A stretch of 64,000 nt of DNA from Geosiphon pyriformis uo1 (Eukaryota > Fungi > Glomeromycota): the NCBI GenBank assembly GCA_016748015.1, contig JAAOMT010000653.1, positions 13,639 through 77,638 of the forward strand, read 5' to 3'. Each line of letters starts with the position of its first letter. Positions within the stretch are counted from its first letter, which is position 1. The notes under the pieces are model-generated. The model saw only the letters and a program-made list of their open reading frames with translations. It was not told the origin of the DNA and searched no databases. The translations under genes and the position numbers were made by a program. This document shows, one piece after another, positions 1 through 11,896 of the stretch.

Positions 1-522
1 CATCTGTTAATGATATGTTGATGGCACTTCTAGGTGTATAGTGGTAGGATGGGTTGCTTGGGGATTCAATTCTGTTTTTCTTACAAGTAGGCAGCTGTAT
101 TTTTCTGGATGTTACTGCTGGTGTTTGTAATTTTCCTTTGCCTTTACTAGCATATGTAATTGGATATCTTTGTTGAGTGTGATGTTCAATTTTTTTGTTA
201 ATCTCAGTGATAATGAATGCGAAATTATGATTTGTTGGTAGGTTGGTGTTTTGAATTAATTCCCTATAGAAAGTTTCTTTTGCTGATTCAGTATTTACTG
301 GTGTTCCTAGTAAAGAGGAAATCTTTTTGTTGACATAAAAATTGAAGGCTGATTCGGCGGATATATGATTGTGGTTTAATCCCAAGTATTAACAATAGTG
401 TTGAAATAAGAATTTTGCGAATTCTAAATGGTTTGCTCCTATATTTTTTTATTCTGCCACTTTTGGTTTGGTGTTGTTAGTGCTGGTTCTTTGTAAAATT
501 ATACTTCACAAGAAGCATCAAA
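1..522 (-). mobile_element. Ty3/Gypsy LTR retrotransposon, 5' internal region (degenerate PBS + gag N-terminus), continuing off the window edge
   Basis: Minus-strand reading gives a gag-like sequence (…ISAESAFNFYVNKKISSLLGTPVNTESAKETFYRELIQNTNLP…YPITYASKGKGKLQTP…) resembling the gag at 9784-10176 (…YPVPQQ…NKGKQKQK). A degenerate PBS (TGATGCTTCT, 511-520) lies 2 nt from the LTR edge. Confidence 0.75.
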
Positions 523-1339
523 TGTTACAGATGATTATTTCTGCAGTTGAATTGAATAACAAACCCATAACTTGGTGCTCAAAAGCTACTTCCATTGATA
601 ATATTCTGTAAATGTTGTATCTGAAGGTTTTGTTGAAGTCTTTTGTATAATGGACAGAGATTCAATAGTGTTAATAGTAGATGTATTTTTCCAAGAGTTT
701 TTCCAATTTCTTTCTCAGCATAGTGGCCAGATTTAGTCTGGCAGTCATGTTCTTTTGGTAAGCTATCTGATAATATATAAAATTCTACCCTTATTTCTGG
801 GTCTTTTACCAGGCTATTCTTGATGTCAATAACTCGGCACTTAATCTTGTAATCAATTAGTATACAACAATAAAATTAAAGAAAGAAAGAAAATAAAATA
901 AAATAAAGAAAAGAAAATAAAGAGAAATAGAGAAAATAAGCCAAGGCAATTTGGTACGTTAATATCTCGTCAATAGTCATAATCAAAAGCTATTGTTTCA
1001 GTGTGGTTAAGTATCAATTACTATCAACACTTCATGTTGATAGGGAGGAGTGGATTGAGATATGAAATAATTATTTATTTGATGATTGTGTTTCTGAGCT
1101 ATGAATTTTGTCATCTCGATTCTGTCTTTTCTGTTTCTAACCTTACTGCTATATATACATAATTGAAATTCTTTAATTCCTCGATTCTTCATGACAGGAA
1201 TCCTGGAATTCTTAGAATCCTGCAATTCCTATGCGAGGAATCCTGGAATTCTGGAATTCTGGAATTCCATATTTTACTATGCTACTTCTGATTGGCTAAT
1301 AATCATGCTAATATATTTCCTATATTTCTATGAGTAACA
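523..1339 (-). repeat. 5' LTR (~817 bp) of the Gypsy element, inserted into the 3' end of LINE ORF2
   Basis: Termini TGTTAC…GTAACA form a 6-bp inverted repeat. PBS adjoins on the left; LINE coding sequence (DHIFSCLFNAAAC) resumes at 1340. TATATA near 1150 and GGAAT(T/C)CT tandem repeats at ~1197-1270. Confidence 0.8.
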
Positions 1340-4300
1340 GCATGCAGCAGCATTGAAAAGACAAGAAAAGATATGGTCTAAAACTTTAACATCACCACAG
1401 AACAAACATACTACACTGAGATAATACTTATCATAGAGTCATTTGTGTACAGCAACAAGAAGCTGATAATATAGGACCTTTATAAAATACATCTGAAAGC
1501 CAGCAGTCCACATGCTAGTAAAACCAGCAGCTAAGTGAGAATCCGGATACCAAACCAAAAATGATCTGTACCAATTAATATCAGTATGCAAGCTGTCCAC
1601 CATGACCCGTAAACCAGAATCAATTTCATAGCGTGCTTGATGAACAGACCTAAAAACATCATAAACAAAATATTTAAAGTTACCAGAAACTGCAGTACCA
1701 CCTGCCTTTAGAAAATGCTTGCCAACCAAGTGAGGCAGAAACCAATCCAAAAATGCAGCATTCTTAGCCAGTTTATCAGCACACTCATTGCCCAAGACAC
1801 CTGAGTGACCTTTAACTTTAACCCAATTAACAACTAAATTCTTACAATGGATAACATTCAAGATGTGGTAACATTCGATCCAACACCAATTTCTAAAATC
1901 CAGGCAAACCAATAAAGACTTCGTCTTGCATACATCCAGAGCAGCTTGACTATCTGAGAACAAATTCACATGACAAAAAGGAGGAACACACTCAAGAGCC
2001 AAAGCAATGGCCTGCAACTTTGTCATGGTAGAAGAAACCAAACCAGACACTCCTACACCCAAACTTAAACCCACATCCTCAAAAAAAACAGCGGCATCAG
2101 CCTTCATACCTAAAGTTTCCAATCCACTAAAAGACCCATCTGTATACACAGACAGATGACTAGCACTAACACTCAAGAGACTATTACTAACAATACCAAA
2201 TCCATTAGACTGAAGAATATTAGAAGAGAAGCAGCCATCCAAAGACAGAGGGTAGACAGATGAAGAATCTACTCCAACAAGAAAGCAAACTGAAAACTCA
2301 AACCACAAGGGAACTGGGCCACAAGGATCCAACTGCTTCTAATATTTGAACATTCTCCAATCAAAAACAACATCATTTTGGTCATGCAATTGCTCCATGA
2401 AAGCAACTCTATAATGCTGAAGGGAAGCAACATATTTACAATAAACAGGCTCACCAAGAACAAAAAACAAAGGAGTTCCACCACGGAAATGAAAAGCACT
2501 GACCAAAGAGCCATCCAGAGACAAATCATACCCAGAAAAAATACGGATCATACCAGCCAAAAAATTGTTTGAAGAATTCACTCTAACACAAACCAGAAAC
2601 TGTAAAAGATGACAAGAGTTCCAGTTAAGAACTTGAAGATCATGAGATCTGTGAGAGAACAACTGACCCAAAATTCCAGTCAAATTTGCAAAAAAAACTG
2701 TAGAAGCAGATTTGCTCTTAGCCTGAATTTGCTCAAAAGATTTCAAATTGTATAGAGATGGATGATAAAATGCATCACTGAGAAAATCATGAGAGAGACC
2801 AGATTTAGACTTCAAACATTTGTGGATCAGAGTGTCCCACTTATTACATACACTAAGATGAACATAACTAAACTGAGTCCTGTAGCTGATAATTGAAAAC
2901 AGGACTGCCAACACTAAATAAGCAAACTGCTTATCCAAGATTGCCTTTCTCAGAACAAGATTAACAAAAAAACACACATCCAAATGAGCTTTAGCCAAAC
3001 TAGGCTTCAACAAACTCTCAGTTAATAAAAAAATACCCAGATAATAGTAAAATTCATCTTTTTTTGCAATAAAAATTGGTATGCCACTGATAGTCAGACA
3101 TGGGAACACTACCTGACAATTAATAGGAATGGTCACAGTTTTGTCATTGTTTATGGAAATGTTATTAAATCTAAAAAATTCACCAGCAACATTGAGAATG
3201 TATTGTGTAGCAGCCTGGCTACTACTAATCCAAATAGTATTATCAACAAAAGCATCTGCAGTAAAAAATGATGTCAATCCAGTTTGAAACTCTGTTTAGT
3301 CATTTTTGAAAACAAAATGAAAATTCAACCTGTATCCACACATACTTTCTTGTCTCTTGACCTTACACAAAAGTAAATCATAGAAAATGCATCAGAAAAG
3401 AGGTGAAAAAACCTTTCCTTAATCCAAACCATCATGAACACAATACTCATCAGTTAAACCAAAGTTTGTCATCACTCTGTTAACACAACCATTGTGAATC
3501 CCACCAAAAAAATCTAATGAACCTGTTACACATCTTGATTCTAACTAAGCTTCTTTTGAGATAAACCCACCCAACAGAATTATAGGCCTTATATATGTTT
3601 TGCAACACCAGCCACAGCTCCTGGTTCTTTTCTAAAGCATCCTTAATTACAGAACCAATGGCAAAAATAGAAGATTGCATTGATGTACCTTTCAAGACAG
3701 AGAAGTTGTCTCCATGAAGAATATCAAAAGTGCTACAAGCTGAAGAAATTCTGTCCAAGAGAATCTTGGAAAGGATTTTACAGACCATTTCTATCAATGC
3801 AATAGGACAGGTGTTTGTAAGAACACTCTCCCATTTATATGGTTTAAGAATTATCAAGACCCAGGCTTCTTTCCAAAGACCAGGAACAGACTCACAAACC
3901 AAATAACAATTCAAGAGCACCAAAAGCATATCTAAAACTGATTTGTCACAGCATTTCCATAATTCATTCAAGATGCCAGAAAGGCCAGCTGCTTTCCCAT
4001 CAGGCAGATTTGATACTACAGCAAACATCTCATCAAAACCAATTGAGTTCATAATGTTGAAAAAGCACTATTAAAGACGTAATCTAAGGGCTGAGATTAA
4101 CAAATCCAATCATCTAAGATATCAGTCACCACTCTATGCTTCCTAGTCCATCTCTTCATTATTACATCTACCTTAAACTTGACCAACTCAGGCTCCAAGA
4201 CTAGCTTGTCATTCACAACCAAATGGTTTAATACCACTTTGTGAAAAGGATGCTCCAACACACTCTTGATGGTGTGGCCTTTGTCTAACTCAAAACTCTC

Positions 4301-7300
4301 CATTCTTTTATTAATAGCCTGCTTGATAGAGGACTCTTCAGCATGCCTGGATTTCAGCAATTTGGAAGAGCAGTACAACTTTCTTGTCTTGGCCAGTGCA
4401 GAATGAATAAGACCAAAATTAGAACTTGAGAGAAAAAGAGACCTCACTGCTGATGCACCAGTGGAATTGAGCCTGTTCCACACCTTTAGCAAAGAAGCAA
4501 AATTATCACTAGAGACCAAATACAAAGCCTTAACCAATTTAGAAACTAGCAATTCCAGCTTATAAAATCTGAAAAACACCTTGGTAAAAACATCTTCAAA
4601 ACTCTTAAACCACCTTTTTTTGAATGTACTATTTGCTGAGAGAACCATGATCTTGCAAATAATATTCCACATAGTATCCAGATCCAAAAACTTACTGGCC
4701 AAAAAGAAATCATCCAAAAACATGGCAGCATTGGCTGCTATAGATGTATTAAACTCACATCTTTTAGCATCATTTGTATTTTTGACATCAAATTTCTAAC
4801 GATCCTTATTTGCTTGTTTGCATAGTAAATTCAGTCAAACATCAAACAAACTACCCAAACTCACAGAGACAAATACAGCCATGTGATCAGTATTAAAATA
4901 GTCCATGACATCAATCATATTACAATCCACAATAGCATTAACCAGATTTGAGGAGACAAACACATAATCAATTGTTTTTGTAACACCATGAGAATTGTAC
5001 CAAGTAGGTGCTTTTGCAGTAGAGCTTCTATTTAGAGAATTCATTAAGCCCAAATTAAAGCATTTTTTAAAACTAGCACACTTTTGAGACTTATTCTCAT
5101 TAAAGTCACCACTGAGAACAATAAAAGAAGACTCATTAACAGCTTTTACAATAAGAGAGTTGATTTTACTGGCCTGAAAGAACCAAACCAATGCAAAGAC
5201 ACCAGCATAAAGACCCAAAATTGACATGGAAAGTTTATTCTTGAACAACAGCTTAATAGACAAAAACTGACCAGACACCTCAAAAACTTTGTAAACATGC
5301 TTTGCTAAAGAATTGTTCATAGCAATAGCAATCCCAGAATTCATGTAACCAGAATTCAGGCCAGACATGAACACCCAAACCTTATTGAATTTGTTGACTA
5401 TTCACAGACAAATCTTATTCTTAAGTTTTGTCTTAGTGAAAATTGAAACCAGATTGTTTATATCTTTGTGCCATTAAATAACATTAGCCTGCTTGGCTGA
5501 GTTATTTAAGCCTCTTATATTACATGTTGCAATTTTCCAGACAAGATCACTCATTGAGAAGAAAACAAAGCCGATGAACCCAAACCCAAGCACAAATGGT
5601 CCAACTTCTCCAAAACAGATTTAACTGATACTTTTAAAGCCAACATCTTGGATTCTAGACCACCAACTTTGGTGGTCAAAATCTTAGAACTACTCGAACT
5701 TAAGTTAATGACTGTATCATTAACAGCTGAAGAAAAGAGAATGGAAGACACCAATACACCATCTAAAGTCATGTTCAAATCCAAGCCAGAGGCCACATAC
5801 ACAGAAACAACTGGAGAAGAGACTTCAAAAGTGACTGCCAGGGACACCAAATCAACAAAACTCAATTTTTTCAAAATGCCAGAAACCTGGTTAGCCAGAA
5901 GCCCCAAAAAGCATTCCAAAAAAACCATACAATCATACAAGTCTGAATTACCAGAGGAAGCAGAGGCAAATGAAGACATCTTAACACCAGAGGACTGACC
6001 AGCACCAAAAAGAATTGAGAAAGTCACACAAAGCGAAATACCACCAGCAACTTGAGCCCAAGTTTTACCACCAAAAAAGACCGGATGTGCAACAAGAGCC
6101 TTTTTTTTTTATAAATATACACCAAACAGACTCGATTCTGATCAGTCACTATCTGCTTCCCACAAACTCCAGAATTCCCACCAACTGAACACACATCAGA
6201 AATATGACCAAATTGTTCGCACTTGGCACAACATGCCAAAGAAAAACTAGCCCAGTGCAGATTCACACCCTTAAAAACAAAAACAGAACCAACAGCAGCC
6301 AATTTGGATGTCTCATTCTTGAAACAAATTACAGCACATCTGTCATGAACATATGAACTAGGATTACAGCCAATGAAACAAGTTTTCCCACCATATGATT
6401 CCAGCAGACCAGACAAATCATGAACAGTTGTGTCAACTGGTAATGTGTACAACAAAGCCTGATGTTGATCTCTCAAAATCCATAATTGTTTGTTATTAAT
6501 CGCCAAAGCCACCTGCACAGAGTCCTTACCCATGAGAACTGATCATTTGGAAGCAACAGAGCTAGCAATCTCAGGAGATTTAAACTCCACCAAAGCTTTT
6601 TGCCATAAACCAATTAATTGTATCTTGATTGATACAATCTTACCAAATTTAGAAAAAACTGATTCAACTGCTGATTTGGAAAGATCTACTGGAATCTCTT
6701 TAATTATCACTTCTTGATTCAAACAGCTGTTTGGTTTCCTAATCACATTATTGACCAAAATCTTTTCTCTAACTACCAATTCTTTAGCCATATTTAGACT
6801 CAGCTCAGAAGTAAAAGAGGATCTGATGATCCCAGGAAATTTTGAGAAGGTAGAGGCTCTTCCAAAACCATTCACATGATAAAAAATTCTTTTAATAGAA
6901 ATTAACTTATTACAACTAGTTTTTTCAGGTACAGCAAACAATTTCACATCCAAAGCAAACAATTTTACTGGCTCAAAGCTCCATTTTTCCAGAACACATG
7001 ACTTGACAGATGGCAGCTGATTGGAACTATTAAACTTCGGCAATAGAAGACTTAATGCATTCTCATCATCACTTATAATATTAAATGTTGGAGCTTTTGG
7101 AGAGTTGCCCAGCACATAAGTTCGAGTTTGGGTTTTTCTCGGCATAGCTACATCCATATTGTCATCTTTTCTTAATTCCGCATAGCTTATTTCCTCGGTG
7201 TTACCGGAGGTTTTTGGTCTCTTTTCTTAAATGTTGTTGATGCTTGTTTGCTGTGAATTCACGTTTTCTGGATGTGGTTGAACCTCCAGTAACTGAATTT

Positions 7301-7594
7301 ATCTTCAAATTATCTCCTATAATTTGAACCGCTGGGCTTATAAGTGGAATGGCCAATTCCGTGCCAGTTACTTTATGTAGTTACGTTGTAGTAAACGTCA
7401 ACTCTTTCCCAGGAATTGCTCGTCTGGAAGCTCACTAAAAAATGTGTAGTTACTTTGCTGTGAAAGTCAACTCTTCTACAGGAATCTCGTCTGTAGGCTA
7501 CCCAAATGATTATGATAAGAAAAGAAAGAGAAAAATAAAAGAAACGTAAAGAAATAGAATTTTGTCAAGGAAACGTTTTCTATCCAGGCCTGGA

Positions 7595-7616
7595 GTCAGA
7601 TGTGTATAAGAGACAG
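7595..7616 (+). other. Nextera/Tn5 adapter sequence (assembly artefact)
   Basis: GTC-AGATGTGTATAAGAGACAG: the exact 19-bp Tn5 mosaic end (7598-7616) plus 3 nt of the Read-1 adapter. It translates on the minus strand as the well-known VSYTHL artefact and joins LTR sequence to integrase sequence. Confidence 0.97.
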
Positions 7617-7816
7617 GTTTCAAACGGTCTCCATGTGCAACTTTTGCTAGGATTTTGTCATCAAGTCTTAACTTGTATGATCCATTGCCTAGTATTTCGT
7701 GTATATAAAATGGTCCATCCCATTTGTGTTCAAATTTTCCACTCCATTGTTTTTCAGCCTTAGTTCTATGTAAGAGAACTTTATTTCCAACTTTGAATTC
7801 GTTGGTGGCTGGTGGC
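7617..7816 (-). pseudogene. Gypsy integrase C-terminal GPY/F region (fragment)
   Basis: EFKVGNKVLLHRTKAEKQWSGKFEHKWDGPFYIHEILGNGSYKLR…HGDRLKP is a typical Ty3/Gypsy GPY/F integrase tail. Confidence 0.85.
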
Positions 7817-8304
7817 ATTAGTTGGGGAGCGGGTTGATAATGGTTGTTCTGGTACTGTGGTCTTGGTGAATAATAAGCTGGTGGTGGTGGAGATTGATAG
7901 TACGATTGTTGTGGTTGGGAATAACGTTGATTATTCCTTTGCTGCTGGTCTCTTTGCAACTTCCTACAATCTCGTTTCCAATGTCCTGGAATTCCACAAT
8001 AGTGGCAATTCTGGGGTTGACCAATGGGTGCTGATGAGAAGTTTCCTTGGTTCTGTCGTTGGGGTGGTTGATATCTTTGCGGTTGTTGCTGCGGTTGTTG
8101 TTGATTGGTGAAGTAGTTTTCAACTTTCTTGGTAAGCTGGTCAATTTTCTCTTCAGCTGCTGAGCTGGTTTCACCAATGGCAAGGTTAACAAGCTTTGTG
8201 CGGTTAGCTTCTTCCATAGCCATTTCGTAATTTTTCGCATGGCGAATGGCAGTAGCTAAATCTTCTGGGTTGTGTGGGCGAACTTTCTTGATCAGTTTGT
8301 CCTT
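7817..8304 (-). pseudogene. Gypsy gag C-terminal/nucleocapsid fragment
   Basis: CHYCGIPGHWKRDC (CX2CX4HX4C) in a Q/P-rich context, preceded by KKVRPHNPEDLATAIRHAKNYE. Confidence 0.85.
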
Positions 8305-8817
8305 NNNNNNNNNNNNNNNNNNNNGAATTTCAAGTGTAATAATCAAAGGATTTGGTTTTCGAATATTTAATTTTTATTTGAGATATGTAAAAAATGATTT
8401 GTTCTAATTAAGATACCTAAAGTAAGATACTATGGTAAGATATGAGAAGATACATTTTCTTGAAGAGAGAAGCTCTTCTTTTATACAACTTGTTGTAGTA
8501 CTAGTCTTTGAACTTGCACTTTTTCTCTTTTCTAGAATTTCGGTGAACTAAAGATACATTTCGGCGAACTATGAATTATTTCGGCCAATTTCCATTAATT
8601 TCGGCAAATTTTTGCTATGTTATATGGTTCAGGGTATTGTGTAAATTGATCATCTCAATTTCTATGGTCCAAATCGGGTTATTGATTAAATGATGATAAT
8701 TGCTAATTTGATTAAATAATAAGTGAAATTCGAAACGATAATAATATATGCTAATTAATGATAGGAATTATAAAGGAAATTTCATGCTAATTAATAGCTA
8801 AAATTCTACTGGTAACA

Positions 8818-9648
8818 TCGGTCAATTTGTTGTGACGAATTCATTTCACTGTTGGAAGTCTGGGGTTCTCTTGATGATGATAATGCCTCTGTGGTCAGGT
8901 CTCTCTTTCTCTCCGGCTCACCTCTTGATACTGTTCAGTCAGCTCTTTCCAAGATCAGAAAAACTTATTGCTTACTTAAAATGGCAGAATTGAAGCGTGT
9001 AGAGAAATCTCAAATCAAATTGGCAATCTATAAGAGGATGGAAAGTTTCGAGCTGAACAAGAGTCACACTATTTGGAGTGTTCTGGAGCGCCCTTCCCAT
9101 AAGGTCATCTTGGATCACTTAGTTGTGGACGATGAGCTGGTTATGGAATCTGGTCCTGTGAGATCAAGGGTGGATGAAATCATAGAAGGATGGACTAAGA
9201 AGCATAGGGTGGTTCCCAATGTCTCTAATGTATGACACCATCAGTATTGGCCATTGGATTACATTTTTGATGAGGCTTTTTCTGGTGTAATGCAGCCAAT
9301 TGAGTTTTTAGAATTGTTTGGCATGGTTTCTGATTTGCCTGTTGGCAAGGCTGCTGGTCTTTCGGGTATTTCGAATGAGCTGTGGATGCATAGTGATAGG
9401 TCTGTTCTGAATATGCTCTTGGTGCTTCTGAATTCTTGTCTGTCTCATGAATCTGTGCCTGGTCCTTGGAGGGAAGCTTGGGTTTCGATGATTCCTAAAC
9501 CATATGAATGAGAAGGTGTTCTCACAAATACCAGATCTATAGCCTTGATCAAAACAGTTCGCAAGATTTTCTCCGACAGGATATCACTGGCATGCAGTGC
9601 TCATGACATTTTTTGTGGGGATAATTTTTCAGTTTTGAAGGATATGAC
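8818..9648 (+). mobile_element. LINE ORF2 fragment (linker to RT N-terminus), probably the flank of another LTR insertion
   Basis: ORFs 8852-9235 and 9254-9511 are homologous to the other LINE ORF2s (RMESFELNK.HTI.SVLE.P, GKAAGLSGISNELW, WVSMIPKPYE). The fragment starts immediately after the LTR end with TCGG and ends at an N gap. Confidence 0.85.
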
Positions 9649-9783
9649 NNNNNNNNNNNNNNNNNNNNNNNNNNNNNNNNNNNNNNNNNNNNNNNNNNNN
9701 NNNNNNNNNNNNNNNNNNNNNNNNNNNNNNNNNNNNNNNNNNNNNNNNNNNNNNNNNNNNNNNNNNNNNNNNNNNNNNNNNNN

Positions 9784-10176
9784 NGTGCTGAAAAGTTGTT
9801 TCTGTTTCTGTTTGCCTTTATTGCTTGTTTCTGTCTCTGATTCGAAACCTAGAGAAAATTGTTGTGGGACTGGGTATTTTTCTTCACAGTATTGGATGAT
9901 ATTGAAATCAAGTTCTTGAAAGTAGGTGGCAATTGTTTCACTGTTGAGCTCCTCAGTATTTAGACGAGAATAGTGTAGTAAGTTGTTGTAGAGGTTGCTT
10001 TTGACTTCAGTAATGTTGTAGTCTCCAAGTAGGTAGTTGTTGAATCGGTTTTCGATGTATTGGTATAATGATTTCTTAAATGCCTCAATTCCGTCTTGGA
10101 TGTTGAATCTTTGCTTGCAGTGAGTGTAAATCGACTGGTAGTACTCTAGAGTTGTTATGTCTGAAGCAGACGCCAC
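9784..10176 (-). CDS. Gypsy gag N-terminal region (open, truncated by gap)
   Basis: An uninterrupted ORF starts just downstream of the PBS (ASASDITTLEYYQSIYTHCKQRFN…); it has no stops and CpG is intact. The annotated start codon is GTG. Confidence 0.7.
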
Positions 10177-10207
10177 TTTGAAGTTGTTGTTGCTGTGTTG
10201 TTTCCGT

Positions 10208-10219
10208 GGGAGAGCACCA
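10208..10219 (-). promoter_or_regulatory. tRNA primer-binding site of the young Gypsy element
   Basis: TGGTGCTCTCCC lies 2 nt inside the LTR end and is complementary to a tRNA 3' end …GGGAGAGCACCA. The tRNA identity cannot be determined by eye. Confidence 0.8.
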
Positions 10220-11896
10220 AATGTTACCGGAGGTTTTTGGTCTCTTTTCTTATATGTTGTTGATGCTTGTTTGCTGTGAATTCACGTTTTCTGGATGTGG
10301 TTGAACCTCCAGTAACTGAATTTATCTTCAAATTATCTCCTATAATTTGAACCGCTGGGCTTATAAGTGGAATGGCCAATTCCGTGCCAGTTACTTTATG
10401 TAGTTACGTTGTAGTAAACGTCAACTCTTTCCCAGGAATTGCTCGTCTGGAAGCTCACTAAAAAATGTGTAGTTACTTTGCTGTGAAAGACAACTCTTCT
10501 ANNNNNNNNNNNNNNNNNNNNTTGTAGTACTAGTCTTTGAACTTGCACTTTTTCTCTTTTCTAGAATTTCGGTGAACTAAAGATACATTTCGGCGAACTA
10601 TGAATTATTTCGGCCAATTTCCATTAATTTCGGCGAATTTTTGCTATGTTATATGGTTCAGGGTATTGTGTAAATTGATCATCTCAATTTCTATGGTCCA
10701 AATCGGGTTATTGATTAAATGATGATAATTGCTAATTTGATTAAATAATAAGTGAAATTCGAAACGATAATAATATATGCTAATTAATGATAGGAATTAT
10801 AAAGGAAATTTCATGCTAATTAATAGCTAAAATTCTACTGGTAACATCGGCAACTGTGTTCACCATATTCTCTACATTTGACACACCACTCATGCTGGAT
10901 TTGTTATTCTCAACTTCACTTCCTCATGATATCTTATGTTTCTCATCGCCCAAATATAATAGAGTGATAGACAGAAGACCAGCAGATAAGTCCACAACTC
11001 TACCAGCAATGTCAGATTTCTTAGGTTTCTTATATGATGGACCATGAAAGTAGACACTTTTAACTCACACTTTCTTCTTAATGCCAGACTGGGTTCCCAA
11101 TCCAGTCAATCCAGAACCAGAACCACTAGCAGATAAGCTCGCCAGTTCTATTGTAATAAAGAAGAGTGTATTGAGAGAAATAACTGCAAGCTAAAGAGAA
11201 GAAAGAGAGAAGAAAAAACTATTCTATCAGCAAAATATATGTTTTTGTCATGACCAGAGGATTGATGAGAGAAAAAAATTTTTTTTTTTTAATATTAAAA
11301 CTATATAAATCTTTTTGTAGTTTTACAAAAAACATATTATAATATATTTTTTTAATATCTTAATCTGATATTTGTTATTATTATTAATTGATACTTATTG
11401 TTATTATAAGATAGTATTTGCTATTATTTTATTTATTATTATTTTTAAGATTATTATTATGCTATATTATATTATTTTATAATTTTTTTATTAAATTTTT
11501 AAATTTTAATATTATTTTTTTCTTTCAAGATTTGAATTTTATTAAAATTAAAGTTAATTTTTTTATTAAATTCTAAGCTGTTATAATAATTTAATACTGT
11601 ACTATTAATTTGTTGTTGTATTTTTTAAAATTATAAATTAGTAAATTATCTAATATTATTAGTAATTATTATATTTATAGTTGAATTTAATAATATTTTA
11701 TAATAATTTTTAAATGCTTTAAAAATTCTATAAACTGGTTTAAATAAAATTAATTATTGGTTTTTTTAATAAAACTTTTTAATTAGTATATTGTTGTTTT
11801 ATTAAATACTCTAATTAAATTTTTAAGTATAATATTTATATGGTTAAATATTTTTTAAGTTAATAATAACAATAATTAATTGGAAATTTTGTTTTT

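Larger units (their letters stand above)
8305..10521. other. Scaffold gaps (N runs at 8305-8324, 9649-9783, 10502-10521)
   Basis: The N characters are directly visible; all three gaps fall within the young LTR element. Confidence 0.99.
7199..10846 (-). mobile_element. Young Ty3/Gypsy LTR retrotransposon inserted in LINE ORF1 (internal region collapsed/misassembled)
   Basis: LTR ends TGTTACCG…CTGGTAACA. 4-bp TSD TCGG at 7195-7198 and 10847-10850. LTR segments are near-identical (7199-7480 vs 10222-10501; 8493-8817 vs 10523-10846). PBS, gag and integrase pieces are present and CpG is retained. Confidence 0.9.
1340..11285 (-). mobile_element. LINE copy 1 (degenerate): ORF1 ~11150-5551 and ORF2 5554-1340 (APE, RT, RNase H, CCHC); split by a Gypsy insertion at 7199-10846 and cut by an LTR at the 3' end
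   Basis: ORF fragments: RRM-like VIIKEIPVDL…FGKIVSIK; knuckle CAKCEQFGHISDVC; APE GDFN…TIDYVF…TDH; RT PDGKAAGLSG, PIALIE, KAYNSV, AFVDNTIW, YLG; RNase H YTDGS…SDSQ…KVKGHSG…NECADKLA; CCHC at 1340-1420. Many stops and frameshifts. ORF1 is continuous across the TCGG TSD. Confidence 0.9.

Noticed and set aside
7510-8346. 278-aa ORF as a novel gag-integrase fusion protein
   Set aside because: It spans an N gap, an abrupt gag/integrase join and a Nextera adapter (VSYTHL), so it is an assembly chimera.
10205-10221. tRNA-like 3' end GGGAGAGCACCA as a tRNA gene
   Set aside because: Only 12 nt, adjacent to an LTR, with no cloverleaf. It is a primer-binding site.
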